64,000 bases of DNA, taken from contig CP136572.1 of assembly GCA_035193785.1 (NCBI GenBank), forward strand, positions 1,408,001-1,472,000, read 5' to 3'. The stretch is from Planktothrix sp. GU0601_MAG3. GTDB lineage: Bacteria > Cyanobacteriota > Cyanobacteriia > Cyanobacteriales > Microcoleaceae. The notes below the pieces were generated by a model that was not told the origin of the DNA, made no database searches, and was given only the letters and a program-made list of their open reading frames with translations. Positions 24,352 through 35,284 of this stretch are shown one piece after another. How positions within the stretch are numbered: the stretch's first letter is position 1; each line of letters starts with the position of its first letter. Position numbers and translations under genes: made by a program.

Positions 24352-24680
24352 CTAATTATCGTCAAACTATCAAAAAGATATTAACAGAACATGATTATCT
24401 TGCTAATCGTTCATCTAAGAAAAAATATGAAACTTGTTTAGTTTTTGATGAAACTCATGATCATTATTTATGGATGTCTGTAGATTGGGTTAATCAAAAG
24501 AGAATTAATAATACTCACGTTCATATTCGCATTAAAAATGAGAAAATTTATATTGAGGAAGATTGGACTGAGGAGGGTATTGCTAATGAGTTATTAACCG
24601 AAGGTGTACCAAAAGAGGATATTGTATTAGCTTTTTATGATCCTGAAACTCGTAAATTGACTGAGTTTGCTGTGGCTTAA
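24339..24680 (+). CDS. xisI: XisI family protein
   Basis: [39 protein letters not shown]. Confidence 0.92.
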   Translation: MDKLTNYRQTIKKILTEHDYLANRSSKKKYETCLVFDETHDHYLWMSVDWVNQKRINNTHVHIRIKNEKIYIEEDWTEEGIANELLTEGVPKEDIVLAFYDPETRKLTEFAVA

Positions 24681-24851
24681 TTGTATGGCAAAAGTCAACT
24701 TTAATAAAATTGATGGTTTTAAAGAAGTTTAAAATTCGGATATTGTGGGAGTTTGGAGAATGCGTTAGCGAAGCTGACCGAAGGTATCGCTGTTTTTTGT
24801 CTTTTTATGAGGACGGCATAATGGTTATCGTTGGATAGGCGACCAACAGAG

Positions 24852-24936
24852 GTAGAACAAGGCACTGCACCCGAACTTCTACAGTCCGCTCGTTCTTCGT
24901 TTCCCTTCCATCGGCGGCTCAACTTCACCGTTATAT
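24852..24936 (+). other. degenerate integron-type attC site
   Basis: GTAGAAC-AAGGC-ACTGCACC...TTCACC-GTTATAT; AAC/GTT cores kept, L' box decayed. Confidence 0.55.
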
Positions 24937-25088
24937 AGGGGGAAATTGAGGTGCGATCGCTCTTTGAGGTGTAGGGGAGTTTGTAGGGTGGGAAGTTATA
25001 AAAGTTATTCGTTAGGAATCACCATTTAACTCTAATTGCCCGCCCTACAATTATGTTTATTGATTGGCAATCACACATTTTTTGTTAA

Positions 25089-25355
25089 TCACGGGAAAAA
25101 TTTATAAATATCTTTTCGATGTAAAAACCTAGTAAAAATAATTGTATCTTCACTCAATTCTATCCCTATCCTATAGTTGCCTAAACGGATACGATAGAAT
25201 GTATCATAACCTTGTAATTTTTTGAGATGATTAATTTCTGATAGGTTTTCTGTTGTTTTACATTGAATGATTATTTGCTTTAACTCAGATAAAACTTTTT
25301 TATCTTTAATTTTTCTTAAATCTTTTTCAAATCTTGATTCAAATTTGATTTTCAT
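25089..25355 (-). CDS. RelE/ParE family toxin
   Basis: KKLQGYDTFYRIRLGNYRIG...HRKDIY. Confidence 0.9.
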   Translation of the reverse strand: MKIKFESRFEKDLRKIKDKKVLSELKQIIIQCKTTENLSEINHLKKLQGYDTFYRIRLGNYRIGIELSEDTIIFTRFLHRKDIYKFFP

Positions 25356-25561
25356 TAATTTTCACTATCTAATAAAGCAAATATTTTTTCTTCAGAAACA
25401 AAATCATCTTGTCTTCCTTCTTTAATGGCATTAGCTAGAGAAATTTCCTCGACTGCTTCTAGGATAAGATCATAAAATAAATCTTTTCTGGTTTTAATAA
25501 TTTCTACCATTATTTCTGTCAACATTTCTTTTGTGGTTTCGTCATCAATTGATAATTTCAT
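25355..25561 (-). CDS. putative antitoxin
   Basis: Small acidic ORF coupled to the RelE gene; LANAIKEG...FVSEEKIF. Confidence 0.8.
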   Translation of the reverse strand: MKLSIDDETTKEMLTEIMVEIIKTRKDLFYDLILEAVEEISLANAIKEGRQDDFVSEEKIFALLDSEN

Positions 25562-25663
25562 TGTTTTACAATGTCAAATTTGTTTTTTCAAATTATAGCA
25601 TATTTTAATGAATTTTTGGTTAGTATTATATAGAATGGTGTAATATATCTATTGCCTGGAATC

Positions 25664-25894
25664 ATGACTGAACTCCTCAAGCAAGTTATTGCAGAAATCC
25701 AAGAACTTCCTGCCGACCAGCAAGATGCGATCGCATTGCGTCTTATGGCTGAACTGAAAGATGAACAGAGATGGACAAAGCAGTTTGAATCAACCACAGA
25801 CGAGCAGTGGGATCGATTAGCTGACATGGTTCGGCAGGAAATCTCAGACGGTGACACCGTTTCATTGGATGAAGTCTTTCCGGTCAAGTCATGA
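25664..25894 (+). CDS. putative antitoxin
   Basis: MTELLKQVIAEI..LP..QQDAIA; ATGA overlap with downstream toxin. Confidence 0.8.
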   Translation: MTELLKQVIAEIQELPADQQDAIALRLMAELKDEQRWTKQFESTTDEQWDRLADMVRQEISDGDTVSLDEVFPVKS

Positions 25895-26164
25895 AATCGA
25901 GTGTCACAAAAGCGTTTCGTAAATGCCTCGATCGACTTCCCGCATCAGTGCAAGAGCAGGCTGATAAAGCTTATGAACTTTGGCGCGAAGATCCGTACCA
26001 CAACAGTTTGCAGTTTCAAGCGAGTCAGTCAACGCCAACCGATTTATTCTGCACGGGTCGGCATCGACTATCGAGTTCTAGGGTTGCTGGAGGCAGACGA
26101 CCACATTTATTGGTTCTGGATTGGGGCGCACGATGAGTACGATGAGTTGCTGAAAAGACTGTAG
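25891..26164 (+). CDS. RelE/ParE-like toxin (apparent frameshift at 26013-26017)
   Basis: FRKCLDRLP..VQ..A..AY.LW..DPYH.SLQFK...YSARVGIDYRVLG...WFWIGAHDEYD. Confidence 0.85.
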
Positions 26165-26189
26165 TTTCTAGTCACTCCGTTGGTGCACG

Positions 26190-26277
26190 GTCTAACAACG
26201 CTTATGCACCCGACCGTTGAGAGGTGATCGGTGAGGTTCGAGAAGTGATCTGCGCTGGGTGATGGGCACCGTTAGGG
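26190..26277 (+). other. integron-type attC site
   Basis: R'' GTCTAAC, L'' TATGCACC, L' GGTGATG (pairs leaving one extrahelical G), R' GTTAGGG; 88 bp, starting 26 bp after the toxin stop. Confidence 0.75.
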
Positions 26278-26296
26278 GGAAATTGAGGTGCGATCG

Positions 26297-26593
26297 CTAG
26301 AAACGTTTTTTCCACTGTTGAGGATCACGCTTAACATGAAAACAAGCCAAGATAAAAATAATATCATCGTGAATTACATAAAACAAACCATAAGGAAATC
26401 TTGGCAATAATTTTCGGCGTACATTATTATAGATAATGGGATAAGCGAGAGGATTTTGTTGAATTAAAGCTAAATTTTTATCTACAACTCGAATCAAATC
26501 TGATCCAAGTTGGTTAACTTGTGATTCATACCACTGATAAGCCTCCTCTAAATCTAATTCAGCTTCCTCTGAAATTTTAATTTTATATGTCAT
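26297..26593 (-). CDS. ParE/RelE family toxin
   Basis: AELDLEEAYQWY, RRKLLPRFPYGLFY, ILACFHVKRDP. Confidence 0.9.
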   Translation of the reverse strand: MTYKIKISEEAELDLEEAYQWYESQVNQLGSDLIRVVDKNLALIQQNPLAYPIIYNNVRRKLLPRFPYGLFYVIHDDIIFILACFHVKRDPQQWKKRF

Positions 26594-26807
26594 CTTTAAT
26601 AATTCTTCGCTTAACGACTTCCCAAGATTCGCCTTCATTTTCAATATTTTGATAAGATGCTAAACGCCGATCTAATTCCTGTTTCTGAGATTGAGTTAAA
26701 GGAATTTGATCAGCATCAATAACAACACTATTCCAAATATCTTCTATTAACTGAAGCTTTTCGTGAATAGTTAGGGGTAAAATTTGTTCAGATAATAGAC
26801 TATTCAT
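26583..26807 (-). CDS. addiction module antitoxin
   Basis: EKLQLIEDIWNS, LTQSQKQELDRRL, SWEVVK. Confidence 0.88.
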   Translation of the reverse strand: MNSLLSEQILPLTIHEKLQLIEDIWNSVVIDADQIPLTQSQKQELDRRLASYQNIENEGESWEVVKRRIIKDDI

Positions 26808-27263
26808 AAATCAAACAATGTAATTTGATAATCTTTACTTAGCTTAACTTATTTTTACCATTTTGTGTCATTTTAATGATTGGAGATCGCTCTTGGCGTG
26901 CGATCTTCGCAGCTTACCGTAGGTATCGCTTTTTGATGTGTAGAGACGTTTGGGGTGTGGAGATGGGAGGTTGAGGTGCGATCGCTCTTTGATGTGTGGG
27001 GGAGTTATGGTGCGATCGCTTATTATCAGGTATTTTTGGTTAGTATTATTATTGTGTGGCTCTTGATGGCTCACCTACTCAATTACAAAATTACAAGGAT
27101 GAGATTTGACATCGGCATTGCCTTTGACCAATACGGGGTAAATTGTAATTGGTAAAAGTCTTTATTCAAAGATTTTTAAACATTATTAGTAATATTAAAA
27201 TCCCCTCAAATACCTATCAATTTATGATATAGTTTCCCTGTTCAATATATTACTATCAACAAG

Positions 27264-27654
27264 ATGGCTAAACTCAATAAATTTAAGGCTTTTTCCCTAT
27301 CTACCCTACTCTATGGGATAGCAGCATTAACCTTTTTACCCATTCCCAAAGCAGAAGCCGCAACAAATTTTAACTGTCCGGGTCAATTTCCCCAAAACAG
27401 AATGCAGTTTTCTGTGAGTTATCTTGATGGTCGATTTACAAGCATTACGTTAACTCCTCAAAGCGGCCCACCTCGCACCAATCAATTAAGATATGATCGA
27501 CCCAACGAGCGGGGAGAATTAGTTTATCGGGCGGGTGATATGGGCGGTGCTGATATCATTGTCATCGACTTATCAAAAGGCGCCGTACAACCCGGGACAC
27601 AGGTTTCTGTTTCGCTGGATGGACAGTGGGCGAGGGGAAACTTGTCGGCTCTAA
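27264..27654 (+). CDS. secreted hypothetical protein (C-terminus probably ...WARGTCRL after removing extra A at 27637-27641)
   Basis: Signal peptide ending AEA; repaired end gives a second Cys that could pair with the N-terminal FNC. Confidence 0.6.
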
Positions 27655-27793
27655 TTCAGTTAACTTTTAAAATAGGACTGATACGGAAACCGAGTTTCTG
27701 AATGATGAACGCGGTTTCTGGGAAAAATATTCTGATTCTAAAAGAATATATAATAAAGATAGATTTTAATTTAGATAAAATCAGGAGTAACAA

Positions 27794-28012
27794 ATGGAAG
27801 CAATTACGATTAAAGTTGATAATGAAGTAGCGAAGCTTTACCAGGAAGCGGATAGTAATAAACAAGAAAAAGCAATTTGGGTTTGTAGCCTGATTCTGAA
27901 AGAATTATTAAAACCATCTGATTTTGATGAGATTGTTAAACAAGTAAGAGAAGAAGCTAAAGTTAATGGTTTAACTCCCGAAATTTTAGCCGAGTTATTA
28001 GAAGATGAATAA
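27794..28012 (+). CDS. putative antitoxin (paralog of 8276-8494)
   Basis: MEAITIKVDNEVAKLYQEA...NGLTPEILAELL. Confidence 0.75.
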   Translation: MEAITIKVDNEVAKLYQEADSNKQEKAIWVCSLILKELLKPSDFDEIVKQVREEAKVNGLTPEILAELLEDE

Positions 28013-28266
28013 ACTTAGAACTGTATTAGTTAGATACAAATATTTTTATTAGTGGTTTATTGTTATCAGCATCAAAAGCCCAACAGGTTTTTGATCAAGT
28101 TACTGAAAGCCAAATTCTCTTGATATCTGACAGCACTTTTGTCGAAATTTATCAAACTTTTATTCGTCCTAAATTTGATAAATATGTATCTTTAGAAAAT
28201 TTGATCACTTACCCTCCAATTATAACACTTATAAATCTATTTTTACAGCAAAATATTTTAATTTAA
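28005..28266 (+). pseudogene. disrupted and truncated PIN toxin
   Basis: MNKLRTVL / DTNIFIS broken by a TTAG duplication (not a GAAC site); similarity to 8487-8900 ends after RPKFDKYVS. Confidence 0.75.
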
Positions 28267-28272
28267 TCAAAT

Positions 28273-28770
28273 ATGATTTGTCATTTAATGGTCGGTATTC
28301 CAGGTTCGGGAAAGTCAACAGTTGCTCAACAGCTTGCGGATCTCACCCAGGGTTTAATTATTTCTACGGATCGGATTCGATCACAACTTTATGGGGATGA
28401 AATTATTCAGGGTAATTGGTTAGAAATTGAACAAAAAGTATTACAGGAAATGGAACAGGCGATCGCATTTTCTCAACCAATTATTTATGATGCGACTAAT
28501 ACTTATCGACCTTGGCGAATCGATATATTAGAAAAATCTGCTTTGATTTCTCCAGAAATTCCTCGATCTTGGATAGCTTGGGTATTAGAAACCCCCATGG
28601 AAATTTGCAAACTGCGGAATCAAAATCGCCAACGTCAAGTTCCTGAATCTGTAATTGAACAAATGGGAAAAGCGATCGCAAAATTTCCACCCACTACCTC
28701 AGAAGGATTTATCAAAGTTTATAGTTTAAAACCCGATTATTCTGAATTAAAAACTCGGCTTGAGTTTTAA
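28273..28770 (+). CDS. AAA_33 / predicted P-loop kinase
   Basis: GIPGSGKST, IISTDRIR, YDATN, RNQNRQRQVPESVI. Confidence 0.85.
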   Translation: MICHLMVGIPGSGKSTVAQQLADLTQGLIISTDRIRSQLYGDEIIQGNWLEIEQKVLQEMEQAIAFSQPIIYDATNTYRPWRIDILEKSALISPEIPRSWIAWVLETPMEICKLRNQNRQRQVPESVIEQMGKAIAKFPPTTSEGFIKVYSLKPDYSELKTRLEF

Positions 28771-28783
28771 TAGTTAAAACTCC

Positions 28784-31700
28784 CTAAAATCTCGTTTCAT
28801 ACTCAAACCTAACTTCACTTTCATTCCTAAAATTCGTAACTCCCCGTAATAATATATTATCATTGAGACGATAATTAATATTAAATTGAAACGGTTGATC
28901 GGCGGCTAAAACTCGACTTAAAGACACATAAGCATTATCAGTTACATCTAAACCCACTTCAATTCCCACTCCTAAAGCGGAAGCTGTGCCCTTAGAACCG
29001 CGTTCGGCTACCCGTGAGGGATAAATCCTAAATTCTGTTAATCCCGTGGCGTTAATCACATTCTGTTGGAGTTTACCAAATAATCCGGTGCTGGCAATAT
29101 TTGCTAATACTAATGTACTGTCATCTTGGATTCCTTGAATCACACTTCCCCCTAATAAAGCTACTAATTCATTTTGAGAACGGGAAGGAGAACTTTGTAA
29201 CTTAATAATATCATTAATTTCTGAGGCGGGGCCACGAACAATTGCATTAATTCTGATGGTTCGGACGGTTTCCAAACCGAGAAGGACTTAAGGCTTCAGT
29301 TTGTTCCGCCGGAAAAGCCGAAGGCGGAGAAACAAACCTTAATGTTTCAGGAACACGGGTAACTAAACGCACATCTAAAATCGGATCTAAACCCTCCGAA
29401 GGAACAAATATTGCCCGTTGGGGATAGCCTCGATCTAACCTTAATTGACTGGTATAAAGATTCACCTGTCCCCCGGTTAAATCAATGGTTCCTTGGGGAC
29501 GAATATCATTAATATTGGCTAAACTTCCATTTAATTCAATCGTTCCTTGGGCATTAAAATTAATTAAAGGTGCATTTAAAATCGGGGTAGTCATAACTTG
29601 AATATTGTCGCCTAAAGTCAGTCTTAATCTGTTCAAACTGACATCCACAGGCGGTTGAGTTGTATCCGTAGTATCGGTGGGTAATTTAGCGGTTTCTTCC
29701 GAAGGTAAGGTAACTTTTCCCTGACTTAATATGACTTCCCCTCCTAATTTTGGTTTTAATAATGTTCCGGTAAAAAGAATAGCACCATCGGCATTTCCTT
29801 TGTAGATTTCGGGTAAATTAAGCGTTAGTTTTTCTAGGTCTAATTGTAGAGGAGTTCCCAGATCAGGGTCATTTTCACCAAAGGGACGAGACACGGGTAA
29901 AACCCCACTTAATCGGATATGTCCGGTTCCTTTATCTCCTTGTAAATCTCCCTCAATATCTTTTACTTGAATGCGATCGCCGATAAAAATAGCCGTCCCA
30001 CTTAATCCAATAATAGACTGTTCTAAACTGCGAGCGGTTAAAACTGCATCTTGAATTTTAAATAATCCTTCTGGTTTCAGATCGAGTTTAATTCCTCCGG
30101 TTTCTGGTTGTTGCAAACTCCCACTAATTCTTAATTGAACTAATCCTTTTCCTTCCTGCCAATTTAACTCAGGATTGAGCAAATTGATCACCGCTAATCC
30201 TTGATCTTTGATATCAACTCGGACATCCACCACATCACTTTCTGCGGAAACCGTGGCAAAGGGTAATTGAAAGGGTAAAGTCCCTCTAAAATTAATTGGA
30301 TCGGTTTCGGTAACTAATAAACTTCCACCAAATCTTAGTCGAGAATTATTATAACTAAAACTGCTTTGCGCTTCTTGAAACTGGTTCATCATTAACCGTT
30401 GCTTCTAATAGGGTTAATTCCCCCGATGATTGGGGATTCTCTAAAGTTCCTGCAATACTCGCCCGAATATTCAATTGTCCGGTTAAATCCACATTTGGCA
30501 AATCGACAATTTTTTCAATTTCTTCTAAGCGGATATTTTTCCCTCGAAACTGACCTGATGTTTGTTGATTGGCTAAATTCAACTGTCCGCGAAAATCATA
30601 TAATGCCGATCCTGCACGCAATTGGATGGGTTCAACTCGCACCACATTATCGGCAAAATTCGCTTCTAATAAAAACTGATCGGCGGTATATTTCCCATAA
30701 TTCCAATCTTGACCTTTGATGGTTGCTGCTGCATTAATTCCCCCTGGAATTGAACCTTGAAATGCCATTTCTCCGGTAAATTTTCCATCTAAATCGCGTA
30801 AAGGAGGTAAGGGCTCCGCCGCGATTTCTGCCAGGGATTGTTGTAGGATTCGTCTAATTTCTTCTAGGCGTTGTAACTGTTCAAATAAAGTTGCTGTGGG
30901 GGGTAAACCGACGGGAACAGGCTTTACATCGGCGGCTATTCCATAGTTTGGGGGGGTTAATCCTCTGCCCAAATCTGCTAAATTAAAGATTTTTAGGGCG
31001 GTTAAAACGTCCTGTAAACTTCCTTGAGGGATTTTAACTGTACCTTCAAATTGATTAGATACGGTGGATAAATCCTGGGTTTGGGGTGTGGAAAGACTGG
31101 CTAAAATTTCAGTAATATTAGCTTGACCTTGAATAAAAATCTGAGTCATTCCTTTGCTCAGTTCAGCATTGATTAACTTAGCAATCCCATTTTGATAACT
31201 AAAATTTCCCGAAAATAAATCGGTTTCAATATAACCTAAAATTGGCTTCCGAACCGCAATATTTCCGATTACTCCTATTTTATTAATATCAAAACTAGCT
31301 AAATTAGATACGGTTAATTTTCCCGATGCTATGCCTTTTAATAGTCCAATATCTAATTCAGCTAAGGGAGATAAACTTAAGGTTTGTAGGGGAAAGTCGT
31401 CTAAATTAATCTCTAAATTATTCCCTTGAGAATTTCCGACCAATTGGCTATTATTCCGTGTTACTAAAAAGGAAGTCGGTAAATATTGATTATCTAGGGC
31501 TAATTCTATTTTATCCCGTTCTCCTGCGAGGGCAATATTAACCTTTTGATTCGGAATAATATTCACAGTTCCTGCTAGAATAGGTTCAAAGGTGACATCT
31601 CGAACTGCAAAGTTATTTAGACTTAAATCTCCGTTTAGATTTAAAGCAGAAATAGTTCCCGTCAACTTACCATTAAAATTAACAATTCCCGCTACCAAAG

Positions 31701-34700
31701 GACTATCTCCGGTTCTAATTTCTAAGGGTAAAGCCGTTAATAAATTTTGCACTAAGGGGGATTGTAAATCAAAATTATCAGCCCGAACATTCAGGTTTAA
31801 ATTAGATAATTGGGGCGTACCATTGCCTTTAAATTCAACTCCAATTAAGCCATCGGTTGAGAATCCTTGAGTTTCAGCTTTTTTAATATTAATTTCCCGA
31901 CCATTCCAACTAGCAATGGCTTCAAAAGGTTGTTTAATAATCGGTAATTCCGTGAGTCGTAATTGACCTAATGCCTGTATAGTATTAGGATTAAAATTAT
32001 TAAGGTTTCCTTGTCCGGTGATTTCAGTAGTTAATAATCCTCGCAATAAAGGCATATTTTCAGCTTGCTGTAATAGTCCATTTTGACGTAAACTATTTGG
32101 CATTTGAGATTCAACTAATTGAGAGAAACGACCTAAAGCAATTTGATCTCCTTTAATGGTGGTTTTCCATTGTCCTTGTCGAGTTTCTCCGGTTGCTAAA
32201 ACTATACCCCCATCTCGACCTAAATTTACCTTACTATCGAGGAAAGCTATTAAGTTATTAGGGGAAAAGTTAGTGAGATTCCCATTAATTTTTGCTAACC
32301 CTTGCAGGAATCCTCCCTGGAAATTTAAGGCGTTAATTTCAGCTACTAAACTGGGCTGTAAATTGGCTAAGGGTAATCCTAAATTAATTAAGGGTCGCAG
32401 AGGAATTTGATCGGTGATTACTTGACCTATTAATTGATTATTTGCTAATTGTCCTTCCGCATTAATGATTCCACCAAAATTCCCTAAATTAACCTGGGCT
32501 AATCCCGTAGCAATCAGAGTATTAAGATTAAAATTAGTTAGATTTCCGGTAACATTTCCTTCTCCGGTTAACCGACTATTCCGAAAGTCTAAGGTTTGAA
32601 TTTGATTCTGGAGGTTTGGGGGTAAATTAGCCAGGGGTAAACCTAAATCAATCCAAGGATTTAACTGGATTTCTTGGGCGTTAAATTTTCCTTGAAATTG
32701 TCCTTGATTTAGTTGACTATTGGCGGTAATTATTCCTCCTAATTTACCTAAATTAATGACTGTTTTGGCATTTCCTATAAAGTTATTGGGGTTAAAATTA
32801 TCAATTTTACCAGATAGAAATCCGTCAATTTGTAAAGTTCCTTGACTGATATCTAAACTCCGAATTTGGGAGGTGAGAGCATCGGTTAAGTTAGCAAAGG
32901 GTAATCCAATATTAATTAATCGGGGTAAGGCTAAATTATCGCTAGAAAAATCCGTTTGTAGGAGTCCGTTTTGGAGTTGGGCGATCGCCTTAATTGTGCT
33001 ATTCTGAAAATTAAGTTGAATTTGACTATCGGCTTTTAAACTATTTAAAGAAAAATCTTGCAAATTTGCTGATAATTTGGTGACTAAATTTAACTGACCA
33101 TCGGTTAAATCAATAGATTGAATTTGTTGTTTAGTCCCATCAGGAATTACGGCAAATAATAGCCCCAAATCAACTAAGGGAGTCAGGGAAAGTTGATTGG
33201 CTATGATTTCAGCATTCCAAATCTGATTATTAGTTTTTTGAGCAATAAGATTCAGATTTCCCTCAGCAATTTTAATCTGGGCTTTCGCCGTATTTCCTAA
33301 AAGTTGAGCTTCCCCTAAAATTGGATAAATAGCTGAAGGTAAGGAGAATTGAGTCTGGGCTTTTAAGTTATCTAAATTCCCAGAAACCTGACCATTTGCA
33401 GATAGATTTCCTATCGGAAAACTGGGGATAAATCCGTAGGATTTAGCGATCGCATCCACAGGAATATCATTAATATTAAAATCTAATTTAACAATCGGAT
33501 TGATTTCGGTTTTTTGTTGTGAAATCTGGGGATTTGGGGGTAATTTCGGCAAAGTTTTTTGATCAACCTTGGGCTGAGGTTTTATTGGGGGCGCTAATAA
33601 CCCAGCTAGTCCTGCTAATTTAATTTCTCCTTTTCCTGCGACTGACCCCCCAAGGGAAGGTTGAATTAATAGGTTTGGAATTTCAATAATTGGATCGGCT
33701 AAAATCTTGAAATTTGGATCAAGTTTAGTTAAAATATTAAAATCAGTTTGAATTGTATTAAAATAAACCCGATCTAATAAGGTTTTTTGAGTTGTGGCGA
33801 TATTTCCTGAAATTTTAGGACTGTTTAAATTTCCCTTTAAGTTAAGATTAGCTTTCAATTCTCCCGTCACCGGAAAGGGAAGGGTAACAGGTTTTTTCTG
33901 AATAGTTTCTACGGTTTTTAACAGGGTGGAAACTTGAACTGGTTGTAAATTTGCTAATAAATTAACTTGAGTTTTGGCTAAATCTAAGTTAGAATTAGTT
34001 AACACTGATCCAGTTAATCCTAGTGCTAAATCTCCCATGGTGGTATTCAACTGATCAATCATCAATTGAGTTCCCGAAAAGCGCAATTTAGCTTGACTCA
34101 AATTAACGGGTTGAGGAAGACTATCAATAGCAACTTTAACTTGATCTAAATTCAGCGTTCCCCGAATATCTAAGGGTTTATAATTATTTAATTTAACGTT
34201 TAAATTTGTATTGAGTTTTCCCTGTTTGATCGAAATCCCAGGAGTTTCTACAAACCAAGCTAAATGGCTTATATCTAAACGATTGGCTTGAATTTGAGCA
34301 TTGATTTTCCCGGTTTCTAATAAAGCATCACCTTTGATGGCAAAAGTACCTGTTTCTGCAAATTTCCCCCTTAAATCCGCTTGAATTTGCTGCTGATCTT
34401 CGGTTAAATTAGCTTTGATTTGATCCACCGCAATCACAATCGGCTTTTCTTTAGCTTTTAAAAGCGCGTAGGGCACTAAATTAATTTTAGCATTTTCAAT
34501 TCCAATGGTTCTAAAAACTAATGTAACCGGAGGATTTGGATCTAACTTAAGTTGAGTATCAATCCAGTTTCCCGATGAATTTTGTTCAATATAAATGTTA
34601 GGATTAACTAAGGTAATATTTAGTTGAACCTTGGGTTTAAACAAGGATAAAACAGAGAAATTAACCTCTACCGCCGTCGCTTCCCCCCTATCGGTATCCG

Positions 34701-34969
34701 TGGCGGTGGCGGGGATGGACGAATGACCAAAACGAATACTATTCAGGGTAAATCGTTTCCAGGGGGCCAACATCAATGGGCCGTTGTAGTATCCCTTCTA
34801 AGACATTGCTGATGATGGGGGCTAACCGATATCGAATCAGCCAACTAGCGGTTGTCCCTGCGGCTAACAGGGTGACTCCGCAGCCTACACCGCCCCAAAG
34901 CAAAATCCGCTTTAACCGTCGTCGGCGGGGTAAAATCGATTCAGAATTGGGATTCGGTGAATTAGTCAT
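28784..34969 (-). CDS. tamB: TamB/AsmA-like translocation and assembly module protein (apparent frameshifts at 29268, 30377, 34755)
   Basis: N-terminal TM anchor, ~2050 aa beta-rich body, DUF490-type C-terminus (GLDPILDV, LQSSPSRSQNELVALLGG, FEYETRF). Confidence 0.85.
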
Positions 34970-35284
34970 CTCAAATCTGGTTTTTAGTAAATCAACATAA
35001 TATTATAGAAGCAATTTAGACTTTAGCATTTTAGCAGTGATATTGATAGGATAGACCAAGAAATGATAATTTTAGAGAATAGGTCAAGTGAGGAAAACCC
35101 AGGGATTTTAATGACAATATAATCTAGTAAAGTTGAAGGGTTAGAAACGCAATTCGATGAAACAACTATTTATAAAACCGAAAATAATTTAGGGTTTGCA
35201 CCGTTTTATATTTGGTATGGTAAACCCAGTTCCTCCTAATTAAATTAAAAGTATATCTCCCCTTCAAAACCCCGCGATAATTTC

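Noticed and set aside
23932..24680. fdxN-type excision element
   Set aside because: No XisF serine recombinase or interrupted target gene; XisHI pairs commonly occur alone
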